From positions 512,001 through 576,000 of the forward strand of contig CAXXSL010000016.1 of the NCBI GenBank assembly GCA_963675525.2: DNA of 64,000 bases. Direction: 5' to 3'. A model generated the notes under the pieces. It had not been told where the DNA came from. It saw nothing but the letters and a program-made list of their open reading frames with translations, and did no database searches. Made by a program: the position numbers and the translations under genes. Source of the DNA: Anaerohalosphaeraceae bacterium (GTDB taxonomy: Bacteria; Planctomycetota; Phycisphaerae; Sedimentisphaerales; Anaerohalosphaeraceae). This document shows, in pieces, positions 41,617 through 50,613 of this stretch; the first letter of the stretch is position 1; every line of letters begins with the position of its first letter.

Positions 41617-41826
41617 ATGGCAGAAGTAGAAGTTATGAACGTGAAAACATTGATATCGATTTTAAGTAAAATTGATTCTAAGTTTGGTGATTTCGAAATA
41701 TGGTTATCTAAAGATGAAGAAGGTAACGAATTTATGCGGATGCTCAGAAACACCTCTTTAAGTTTAGCAATAGATAATGATCAAAAACAAATTATATTCT
41801 TTCCTTCGTGGTTTCCTGAAAGCTGA
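41617..41826 (+). CDS. Hypothetical protein (phage-like LSKDEEGN motif)
   Basis: 69-aa ORF with AAGGA RBS. Confidence 0.55.
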   Translation: MAEVEVMNVKTLISILSKIDSKFGDFEIWLSKDEEGNEFMRMLRNTSLSLAIDNDQKQIIFFPSWFPES

Positions 41827-41848
41827 GCTACTAAAGAAAATAGTTCAC

Positions 41849-42538
41849 TCATATAATCTTATCAGATTTCTGTAAATTATGGCGTGCACATAACAGCCGG
41901 ACGTTTTTCTCGGTGATACTACTTCCGCCTTTTGAAAAAGGCACGTCATGATCAAAATGGAGATTGTCTTTACTGCCACACTTAACACATTGTCCATGGT
42001 CTCGTTTCCACACAGCAACCTTAACTGATGTGGGGATGACACGTGTTTGTTTTAACACAGGATCATTCGAAATATTCTTAGGAGAAGGCTTTAGAAAGAA
42101 CCGAAAGACATCACGCCTTCCGTCATGAATAACTTTCGAATCAATCAGTTCATATTTTCCATGATCACACCATACGCCCGCTATGATCTTTTCATATACT
42201 TGAACAATTTCCGCCTTGGCCTTTCCTTCTTTATAGACTTTAACAGCTTCAGCAAATTTACCATTATCAGTCAGAGTGCCGCTCGGGTAACAATATGGCT
42301 GATCTACTTCTTTTGGATTAATGTTACTATCAGCGCGGTTCATTTCATCATGACCTTCATACTCCAAAAGTCCGGTTTCTTCGTGCCACTTATCTTGATA
42401 GGGTGCGCCTTTTCGAACACTCATGAGGATAATCGAATAATGTGGCTTAATACGAAAATTCATACCCCTTTGAAGATTCATCCCTTCACGAGCAACCATT
42501 TCGGCATATGCGATAATACTCTTGTGGGATTTAGTCAT
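41849..42538 (-). CDS. HNH endonuclease with SRA-like N-terminal domain
   Basis: RDHGQCVKC...HFDHDVPFSKGG...NVRLLCARHN; N-terminal PYQD...LEYEG pattern (the SRA call is inference). Confidence 0.85.
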   Translation of the reverse strand: MTKSHKSIIAYAEMVAREGMNLQRGMNFRIKPHYSIILMSVRKGAPYQDKWHEETGLLEYEGHDEMNRADSNINPKEVDQPYCYPSGTLTDNGKFAEAVKVYKEGKAKAEIVQVYEKIIAGVWCDHGKYELIDSKVIHDGRRDVFRFFLKPSPKNISNDPVLKQTRVIPTSVKVAVWKRDHGQCVKCGSKDNLHFDHDVPFSKGGSSITEKNVRLLCARHNLQKSDKII

Positions 42539-42605
42539 AATTTGGTTTTCTAAAAAATTTTCTATCTGAATAGAGTATTTATTATCGCCTTAAATTAATA
42601 GTAAA

Positions 42606-43667
42606 CTATACTTTCAGATATTCTTGTAGTATTCTCAACCTCTCTTTAATCGAAGAAGCATCATTAGTGCCTTGCTGTGACATTCTATCGTATTCAAGCA
42701 AGTCATAATTTGCTTTTGAAATATTTTTCTCGGCAATTTTTCTGTTTTCCAATCGGTCTTGATTGAAACCTAAAAACTTCGTTCTAACTAACGTCTTCTT
42801 CTTTTCAATCGCCTCTTTAAATAACAGAAAGTAGATTGGAATAACTGCTTGGTTATTTAATAAACTATCTTTCTTATGAAAAAAACGAGACATCTCATTA
42901 AGAACTTTAACAACTTCCTTTTTTATAAACGCACTGTCTTTCTTTGTTTTACCCTTAAATTCTTTAACAAATTCATCTAAGAAAACCTTCTTAGTGTCAT
43001 AAATTTTCCCTGAATATTTTAGAGATGAAATCAAAAACAAAAGTCTCGCAGCTATTTCCCTATGTTGGTATCTTTTATTAGAGATTTTAAGATTATGTTT
43101 GAAAAGTTGATGTGCCGATATATCACGAATAATTTTGGCCATAGAACCGCCAAAAGCATTTCTTTTCTCTGCTGCTGTTAAAGTTACTGCTTCATTCAAT
43201 CTTGAGAACATGTCTTCAATAACATCGATATCATCTGTTTCTACTAGAATAATTGGCAGTACAAATGAGTCGAAAATAATTTTCAATTTAGGATACCTTT
43301 TTGCAAGTTCTTCATATGAGAGAGAACTCGCCTTAATCTCAGGGTCTTTGAAGTAATCAAAATCATCAGATAGCTTAAACTTGCCATCAATAAACGACCA
43401 AATTGTTTCAAGTCTTTGTCGTCCATCAATAATTGCATAATCTTTTTTAGAACTATTTATTTTTCTACCTTTTTCGTCGAGAAGATGGAAATATAATTTG
43501 GGGATATCATATTCATTTAAAATCGAATCGATTAGAAGTTGTCTTTTTTCAATATCCCACAAATCTCCATTTCTTTGATAAGCTGGTTGAGTATCGATAT
43601 TGTCTCTTTCTGCATTGATACGTAATACGGTGCTTTGTTGCATTGGATAAGTTTTAATAACTTTCAT
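42606..43667 (-). CDS. DUF262 (GmrS/ParB-like) domain protein
   Basis: PAYQR, LIDSIL, IIDGRQRL, FSRLN. Confidence 0.9.
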   Translation of the reverse strand: MKVIKTYPMQQSTVLRINAERDNIDTQPAYQRNGDLWDIEKRQLLIDSILNEYDIPKLYFHLLDEKGRKINSSKKDYAIIDGRQRLETIWSFIDGKFKLSDDFDYFKDPEIKASSLSYEELAKRYPKLKIIFDSFVLPIILVETDDIDVIEDMFSRLNEAVTLTAAEKRNAFGGSMAKIIRDISAHQLFKHNLKISNKRYQHREIAARLLFLISSLKYSGKIYDTKKVFLDEFVKEFKGKTKKDSAFIKKEVVKVLNEMSRFFHKKDSLLNNQAVIPIYFLLFKEAIEKKKTLVRTKFLGFNQDRLENRKIAEKNISKANYDLLEYDRMSQQGTNDASSIKERLRILQEYLKV

Positions 43668-44401
43668 GCGATATCCTCCTTTATTGCTTCCCCAATACTT
43701 GATAACTCGGGAAAAAGTTGAAATTTTTGTATCCCGATAAGCTTGAGATCTTTCAGCATCGTACCCTTTTTTCTTTTTGGAATAATGTATCTTGTTGTAT
43801 GGCTTTTATCATGTATATTTTCAATCGAAGTTTTATCACGATGGCTAATTGTAAAAACGCCTAGTTGAGATTGCATTCGCGGGTTGTTTCTTGGCACAAG
43901 AGCCGCAATCGGCAATAGTTCACTTTTCCTTTCTCCGGCAAGATTTTCAGGAAAATAGTTTTCCACAATATCATCTTCTAGAGAGGGAATATAATAAGGA
44001 TATTCTGGCTTGATTCCGCTCTTTTTATTTAACTCTACAGGTCGTAAAATCCATAATGCCCCATCTAAATCGTTATGCTCATTGCATGCAAAGTACAAAG
44101 CGACCAAAGGACTTTCAGTCCAATCTAACAATCGAGTGGGTACTCCGTGATGCTGCATAATAAATAGCCAATCCATTAAGGTATTTGGATTTGGATTCAA
44201 CAAAAGAGTTGCACTTTGTCGAAAACGATTTATCATGTTCATTTCCGATTCATTAGCACATTCTCGAATAAAAGATGATTGCAGCTTCCATCCTTTCTGA
44301 GATTGGCCACGATACCAGACTGGGCCTTTATATTTCCCAATATCTTCTTTTAAATATTGAATCAGTTCTCCAATAGAATTTACTTTTTTTTCTGCCATCA
44401 T
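43664..44401 (-). CDS. FRG domain protein
   Basis: WYRGQ, MQHHGVPTRLLDWTESPLVALYFA, RMQSQLGVFT, LFPEL. Confidence 0.92.
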   Translation of the reverse strand: MMAEKKVNSIGELIQYLKEDIGKYKGPVWYRGQSQKGWKLQSSFIRECANESEMNMINRFRQSATLLLNPNPNTLMDWLFIMQHHGVPTRLLDWTESPLVALYFACNEHNDLDGALWILRPVELNKKSGIKPEYPYYIPSLEDDIVENYFPENLAGERKSELLPIAALVPRNNPRMQSQLGVFTISHRDKTSIENIHDKSHTTRYIIPKRKKGTMLKDLKLIGIQKFQLFPELSSIGEAIKEDIA

Positions 44402-44451
44402 AGTTCCTTCTGATATTTAATAATTTTGGTTCTTTTGATTATTATTTATCA

Positions 44452-44688
44452 TCATGTTGGATCACTTAAAAAAAATGGTAATCGTTTTTTATAGAGTTTT
44501 GCGAATTCTTGAAGTTGGAGAACATCGAGACGGTATTGGCCGGACTCGATTTTAGAAATGAATGACTGCCCTACTCCTAAGCTTTTGGCAACCTGTAACT
44601 GCGTAAGCCCTTGTTTCAATCTCGCATCTTTAAGCTTGTTGATGATTGCCCTGTACTGATCTGTGTATATGCTTTTCTTGATATTCAT
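44452..44688 (-). CDS. XRE-family HTH regulator (controller-protein-like)
   Basis: LKDARLKQGLTQLQVAKSLGVGQSFISKIESG. Confidence 0.9.
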   Translation of the reverse strand: MNIKKSIYTDQYRAIINKLKDARLKQGLTQLQVAKSLGVGQSFISKIESGQYRLDVLQLQEFAKLYKKRLPFFLSDPT

Positions 44689-44710
44689 GGCCACCAGGAT
44701 ATACCCCATA

Positions 44711-44735
44711 TTGGAATATTCCAAATTGGAATATT
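44711..44735. promoter_or_regulatory. Overlapping palindromic operator candidates upstream of the XRE gene
   Basis: Perfect palindrome TTGGAATATTCCAA, plus AATATTCCAA-A-TTGGAATATT. Confidence 0.6.
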
Positions 44736-44796
44736 TTTTGTTGCCCAAATACCAGAATCTGTTAAGATTGGTACGGATTTAATTAAGGAGCCTTCT

Positions 44797-45045
44797 ATGA
44801 CAGGAAAAAGTTGTAAACATTTGGATCATATCGAAGAATACAAGAGTACTATTCGTCATAACAATAATACCGACAGGGTAAATTGGGGTGATGTGACAGC
44901 AACCTTGGTTGCTGAACATGAATGGACCGAAGAAGGCGCATCGCATCTCATCCATTTAGCAAGGGATTACGGTTCTTTTATCTTATCACATGCGTTTGCT
45001 TTGGCGACGGTTTTAAAACAAGAAGACGGCGAAATCGGGTTATAG
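44797..45045 (+). CDS. Hypothetical protein, divergent from the XRE gene
   Basis: AAGGAG RBS and ATG 44797. Confidence 0.6.
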   Translation: MTGKSCKHLDHIEEYKSTIRHNNNTDRVNWGDVTATLVAEHEWTEEGASHLIHLARDYGSFILSHAFALATVLKQEDGEIGL

Positions 45046-46010
45046 ATCTGACTGTCTTGGTCATCTGGGAGTGTCAGCTAAAAAACCCCGACAAACTCCG
45101 GCAGCGTATCGAAAACTTCCTAACCCCAAATAAACCCCAACAATAAGAAGAAGCGTTCTCTATGAATCGCCCGGCCGCCAGGACACCCGCGGCAAACTCG
45201 GCGAGGTAGCGCATCCCGAACTCGCTTCGGGAGAGCATGGCCTATAGGATAAGCCAAAGAATCGCCCCAGCCGATAGGATGGCTGATTAAAATGGGTCGG
45301 TGAGCGCAGAAATGATTTTCGAGCACTTCCGGCCGATTTTAAGCAGAGTGGAGCGTCAAAAACGCTCCGGCGAAAAATAGTTTCACAAGCAAATCCTTTG
45401 CAGAACCTCGCATCGAATCGCCCGGCCGAAAGGACGCCGCTGCTTGGAGTTGGATGGGAGCACAGATGCGCGATCAAGCACTTTTTCCAAACCGCCAAAA
45501 GCGCTGCGCTGTTGGCGGTTTTATCCCCGGGTCTGTGAGACCCTCTAAGCAGGCAGGAGTGTGCAACACTCCGGCGATTCCCTCTCCAAGTCCTTCACGC
45601 TCTTCATGGTTAAAATAATTCCCGTTAATCCCGTTAATCCTGTCTAAAAAATCCATAAAAACAGCCATTTGAAAGAAGTAATAGTTACCCCGGACACCGA
45701 TCCGGGGCCACAATTCAAAATTATGAATTAAAAATTTAAAATTAAGTTATATTTTCATCTAACTTATGGTACAATGCCTTTCCAATTGAATAGTAAATAA
45801 ATTAGCGTACATCAGCGTTAATATTGTCATCCTCGCGAAGGCGGGGATCGGGGTCAAAAAAAGAAGGAGCAATTCAATGAACCGTAACCGACACACCGTC
45901 ATTCCGACCGCCGGCGGAGGAATCTATTTAAACAGCCGTCCGCAAGGATTCCGAATTCTTAAGTTCTTATGTTCTGGGGTTCATGAGTTCTTGAAACATG
46001 CTTTTTTACA

Positions 46011-46390
46011 AAACGAACCCAATTTTCAGACGTGCCCGGTTTCTCCAAATCTCCATCAGCGAAGCGCTTATGGAGATTTCATTGTCGTGCCTTTAAGGCA
46101 CCGCAGCCAAAAACAAACCCAATCAAACCCAATACGAACCCAATTTTGCCCCAAGTACCCCCTACTCGCGCACGCCGTTTCCAGCCCAAAATCGCACGTT
46201 TCGCTTTGGAAAAATCAAAAATCCCCCTTTTTGACCCCGCCAACCCCCAAAAAAACGAACCCAATTTAACCCCCAAGTAGCACCTCGACGCAAATGCATT
46301 ATACCGCACTCAAACCCCCAAAAGAACGCAACACCCCCCTTTTTAATAGCGCCACGCAAACCCAATCAAACCCAATACGAACCCATTTTT
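46011..46390. repeat. CAAACCCAAT/ACGAACCCAA repeat element
   Basis: CAAACCCAATCAAACCCAATACGAACCCA exact at 46114 and 46357; AAACGAACCCAATTT at 46011 and 46253. Confidence 0.85.
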
Positions 46391-46545
46391 CAGCTTTCCA
46401 GGCGGAGTGGACGATAGATATAATTACAAGAACTCAAGGACTCAGGAATTCAAGGATGCGGATTGGATCATGATGGGATATGAAGCGACGGGCGAATCAA
46501 TCTGAGGTATTGATCTTAACGTTGGACCAATTGCGGAAGGCAACC

Positions 46546-46922
46546 ATGAAAATCAGGTACACTACGGAGAAAGGGAGCGTTTATATTCAGACGGTCAGTT
46601 CGGTGCGGGGGAGTACTGGACAAAGGAGGATACGGCCGGGGAGGTGCATTCTCTGGCCGGAGGCATGCACATCGCGCGGTCCCGGCTGCAGGAGCTGATC
46701 CGCGAATACCCGACGTCGCTGCTGGATAAGACGCTGTGTTTCGGGATGGGGGTCGAGAAGGAGTTCTTTGAGGATGCGCAGCGTGAACGGTTCAGCGGGA
46801 TGCTCGAGGCGGAGCTGACGGTGATCTTCTTTCTGGTTAAACACCCCGGCGATACGTACGGGCTGGGATGCAGCAGCGAAGTGGTGCGCATCGAAAAGGA
46901 CGAAGAGGGTGATAGGCAATAG
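46546..46922 (+). pseudogene. Hypothetical gene apparently frameshifted at the G5 run 46607-46611
   Basis: MKIRYTTEKGSVYIQT frame joins EYWTKEDTAGEVHSLAGG if one G is added. Confidence 0.45.
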
Positions 46923-46968
46923 GCAATAGGCAGTGGGCAGTGGGCGGTAGGCGGTTAGCAGTTATCGG
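46913..46968. repeat. Heptamer array; 46913-46939 is the right arm of the 27-bp inverted repeat
   Basis: TAGGCAATAGGCAATAGGCAGTGGGCA is the exact reverse complement of 41177-41203. Confidence 0.85.
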
Positions 46969-47174
46969 CCGCAGACGTAAGTGTGTTTTTGGAGTGGGTA
47001 TTACCTTATTCGGCGTTTATACCGAGAAACACTGCTGATTTTACGTAAACATTCATAAATATCATCTTTTTTGCTGATTTTTTCGAGATTTTTGAAACAT
47101 TTCGCCAATTACTGACATCTATATATAGAGAAGACGAAGAAACACAAAGAGAGAATAAGAGACCAGGAGCAGTC

Positions 47175-47393
47175 ATGATAACATTTGCATGCAAAAAATG
47201 CGGCAGTACCTACAAGCTGTCAGATGAATATGCCGGAAAACGAGTTCGATGTAAAAAATGCAGCCACGTGATCGAGATCAAGGCCGCTGCGGCAGTCGAT
47301 GAGTCCATGCCGGACTTTGACTCACTCTTTACGGCATTAGCTGAAGAAGAACGCAGCGCACCGACCCTGGCCGACAGCATGGTGGGAAAGTAA
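47175..47393 (+). CDS. Small zinc-ribbon protein
   Basis: CKKC...GKRVRCKKC; AGGAG RBS. Confidence 0.75.
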   Translation: MITFACKKCGSTYKLSDEYAGKRVRCKKCSHVIEIKAAAAVDESMPDFDSLFTALAEEERSAPTLADSMVGK

Positions 47394-47458
47394 GCGGAGA
47401 TTTCAAAAAAACAGATGCTTTAAAGTATAGTATAGAGTTTTCATAAACATTTCCTTTG

Positions 47459-47502
47459 AAAAAGCCTGTCGAGCTGAATTCGGCAGGCTTTTTTTGTTTT
47501 TT
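47459..47502. terminator. Bidirectional terminator
   Basis: AAAAAGCCTGTCGA / TCGGCAGGCTTTTT between convergent genes. Confidence 0.75.
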
Positions 47503-47573
47503 TATTCGCATGGCTTGTCCTTCTGCTGGAGCGACAGCGTACAAGTGCGCCATGGCGTTTTTATATTCACCGC

Positions 47574-48770
47574 TTAGACGATTGGGTAATTGCCCAGAAA
47601 CTCGGTTTCGGGCAGATTGCCGACCAAGGGCTTTGCGTACTTGATGAATGCATCGGTCATGCCGTTACCGGCGGCGTTGATGTATTCATCGGGGACGCTC
47701 TTGGTGTGTTCGGCCACAGTGGACAGGTCGGTGCGGAAATATTCGACGGCGTACTTGTCGCCGTTTCCGGTGCGCTTCATGGCGACCGAGCCGTTATCGT
47801 CTTTCATGGAATACAGCACGGCGAGGCGTCCGCATTCGCGGGCTTCGACGACATCGGTTTCGGACTGGAGACCAGCGAAACTGCGCTGGAGGTAGCCGAA
47901 GGTATCTGCGCGGACGCGTTTGATCTTGAGCTCGGCTCTGATCTTGTTGGCTAAAAAGTCGGCCAATGCGCCGGTGCCGGAAAGCTGGACGTTGCCGTGT
48001 GCATCGTGTTCGGCCTCTTCGACGATCTTCTCGGCCCAGGTCACGTGGTCTTCATCGCAGATGCCTTCGCTGACAGCGATGACGCAGCGGCCATGCTTTT
48101 TATACATGGCTTCGACATCGCCCAGCAGTTTTTCCATGGAGACGGGCCGTTCGGGGATGTAGATCAGATGGGGGCCGTCGTCTTTGCGCTGCTTGGCGAG
48201 GGCTGCGGCTCCGGTGAGAAACCCGGCATGGCGTCCCATGATGACATCGATCTTGATGCCGGGCAGTGCGCGGTTGTCCAGATCGTCTCCCATGAGGGCA
48301 CAGGCGACGAATTTTCCGGCGGTGCCGAAACCGGGACAGTGGTCGGTGACGAGCAGGTCGTTGTCAACGGTTTTGGGTACATGGAAAGCCCGAAGGTCAT
48401 AGCCGGCCTTTTCAGCCATGCTGTTGACGATGTAGCAGGTGTTGGCGGAATCATTGCCGCCGATATAGTAGAAAAAGCGGATGTCACGTTTTTTGAAGAC
48501 GTCGAGGATGCGATGGCAATAGTCTTCGTCGGGCTTGTCGCGGCTGGAGCCGAGTGCTGATGACGGCGAGTCTGCGACTTTTTCGAGGGTATCGAGTGAG
48601 ATCTGTTTGAGGTCGACGAAGTGTTCCTTGACGATACCGGCGACGGCATGGACACCGCCGTAGAGATTATCGATTTCTTTGTGCCTGCAGGCCTCCTGAA
48701 TCACGCCGACGAGGGAGGCATTGATGACCCCTGTCGGCCCGCCGGATTGACTGACTACTGCATTTGCCAT
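47574..48770 (-). CDS. pfkA: 6-phosphofructokinase, probably PPi-dependent
   Basis: QSGGPT, IGGNDS, PKTVDND, MGRHAG. Confidence 0.9.
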   Translation of the reverse strand: MANAVVSQSGGPTGVINASLVGVIQEACRHKEIDNLYGGVHAVAGIVKEHFVDLKQISLDTLEKVADSPSSALGSSRDKPDEDYCHRILDVFKKRDIRFFYYIGGNDSANTCYIVNSMAEKAGYDLRAFHVPKTVDNDLLVTDHCPGFGTAGKFVACALMGDDLDNRALPGIKIDVIMGRHAGFLTGAAALAKQRKDDGPHLIYIPERPVSMEKLLGDVEAMYKKHGRCVIAVSEGICDEDHVTWAEKIVEEAEHDAHGNVQLSGTGALADFLANKIRAELKIKRVRADTFGYLQRSFAGLQSETDVVEARECGRLAVLYSMKDDNGSVAMKRTGNGDKYAVEYFRTDLSTVAEHTKSVPDEYINAAGNGMTDAFIKYAKPLVGNLPETEFLGNYPIV

Positions 48771-48976
48771 GATTTCAGACCTTTCGTGTTTAGGTTAAAT
48801 ACGTTTATTCGTTACTGTTGTGTTACGGGTTAGGCGATTATACAGAAAAGGGGCAGGAAATCAAGCCCAAAGCGGGCCGGAAGGTGTAGAATATGGTTTA
48901 GAAACGGAAAATCGGCTGTTTTTCCGCAAACTCTGCGGGGATTGGTGACTTAACACGTAGCGGCCGGAAACGGGAT

Positions 48977-49975
48977 CTACGAAATGGCACTTTCGACCAG
49001 TTCGAGCATTGAGTCAGAGGTTTTTTGAATCTCGTCGATGCATTTTAAATAGGGGCGCATAGAGGAAGCGGACATATGGCCAAGTATGCGGCGAACGATT
49101 TTGACGCTGGCACCACGGAGAAGCATGTGCATGGCGCAGGTATGGCGAAGGGTGGCCGGGGTAGCTTCGACCGGGAGGCCCGCCCGCCGGCTGTATTCTT
49201 TGAGTTTCCGGCGGATGCTGCGCGCGTTCAGAGGCCCTGTATCGCAATTGATGAACAGGGCCGGTTGATTGTTCGAAGCGGGGCATTGCTGCCGGCGCTG
49301 CTCGAGATATTGTCTGAGAACATCGACAGCCCATGCGGGCAGTTTACATTGACGTACCACACTGCCGGAAGTACGAATCTGGACGATGCCCCTGTCGCAA
49401 TCGATCTCTTTGAGGGTAATACTCAGTAACTCGCTGACGCGGATGCCCGTGCAGTAAAGCAGGGCCACGATCGCACGGTCCCGAAACGCCAGCCAATTGT
49501 CGCCGGAAATAGCGTCGAATAACTGCTGGAGCTGTGTATCCTCGAGATATTGCACATCCGCAGAATTGTCCTGGGGAGGAATAACAATGTTGGCCAAGGG
49601 GTCGCTGTCGATTCGATGTATCTCCCTGAGGTAATTGTAGAGGCCCCGAATGGCCGTGATCTTGCGGGTAACGGTTGCCGGGCTGTAATTGGGGGCGAGG
49701 AACTCATCAACATAACGCTGAGCCTTTTGCTGATCGAGGCTGAAGATGCAGGCATCAAGCTCTGGCGGTAAGGAGAATCGGTCGTCGGCTGGCGGCTTTG
49801 AGGCCGGACTGCTGTGAGAATCGGTCAGAAAATCCGTGAATTGATGGAGGTCTTTTCTATAGAAGTCCAGGGTCATGGCCGAACGGTTTTTCTTTTCCTT
49901 TAGATAGGAAAGGTAATTATTCGTCAAATCGCCGGCTTTTTCGTCTGCCTCTTTGAGATTCTCAATATCTTTCAA
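48977..49975 (-). CDS. XerC/D-like tyrosine recombinase with atypical active-site motifs
   Basis: SAM-like N-terminus, RDRAIVALLYCTGIRVSEL, ATLRH, LGH, PY. Confidence 0.85.
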   Translation of the reverse strand: MKDIENLKEADEKAGDLTNNYLSYLKEKKNRSAMTLDFYRKDLHQFTDFLTDSHSSPASKPPADDRFSLPPELDACIFSLDQQKAQRYVDEFLAPNYSPATVTRKITAIRGLYNYLREIHRIDSDPLANIVIPPQDNSADVQYLEDTQLQQLFDAISGDNWLAFRDRAIVALLYCTGIRVSELLSITLKEIDCDRGIVQIRTSGSVVRQCKLPAWAVDVLRQYLEQRRQQCPASNNQPALFINCDTGPLNARSIRRKLKEYSRRAGLPVEATPATLRHTCAMHMLLRGASVKIVRRILGHMSASSMRPYLKCIDEIQKTSDSMLELVESAIS

Positions 49976-50214
49976 CTTCTTTCTCCGAACAAATCATTAC
50001 GTAGTCCGCCTTTAGAGAAATTTTATGTAAAAGCGGTCCTCCGATGACAGCTCTTTCTAAAACACCTCTCGGATAAGACACTGATGCGTCTAAATTGTAT
50101 ATCGGACTAAATCGCAATGAATCTTAGCTTTTTTAGGTGTTTTTTAGGTGTTTTTTTGGGTTGCCTTGCGGTGTTTTACCTTGCGGCCTATAGGGAAATG
50201 TACCTAATGTTCGA

Positions 50215-50440
50215 TTCCGGTTAATGGTTTGCGATTTCATCGGTATGGAAAGCGTCGGTACTGTAAGCACTGACAACAAGAGCGTGGTGTCGTTCATGAC
50301 GTTTTCGTCCTGTATTTCGACTTCATCACTTTCATTCAGATAACCCGCCAATGACGCCAGCTCGAGGGAGGGGGGAATAAATAAACACTTAATATAACCG
50401 GAATATGGGGATCGGACTTCCGCTATCCTTATAAACAGCT
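50215..50440 (-). pseudogene. Decayed N-terminus of a B12-binding radical SAM gene
   Basis: SPYSGYIK..PPSLELASLAGYLNESDEVEIQDEN, then in another frame LVVSAYSTDAFHTDEIANH*. Confidence 0.55.
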
Positions 50441-50613
50441 TGCCTACTCGACACTTGATATGGCATTTGTAGCTATTTTTCGAATCTTCGGGCGATAGAC
50501 GATGTTGAAGCGGTCGTTTTTGTTCCATACGACCAAATTGATCTGAGCCACTTCAGCTTCGCTTCGGTGGGGACCATCGCTTCGGCGTTTGTGAAAGCGC
50601 AAGCCTAAAATGC

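Noticed and set aside
45120..46365. Short ORFs over the hairpin and repeat tracts
   Set aside because: Low-complexity translations without RBS or motifs; probably non-coding
46011..46390. CRISPR array
   Set aside because: Only two long copies, irregular spacing, internal tandem structure and no cas genes
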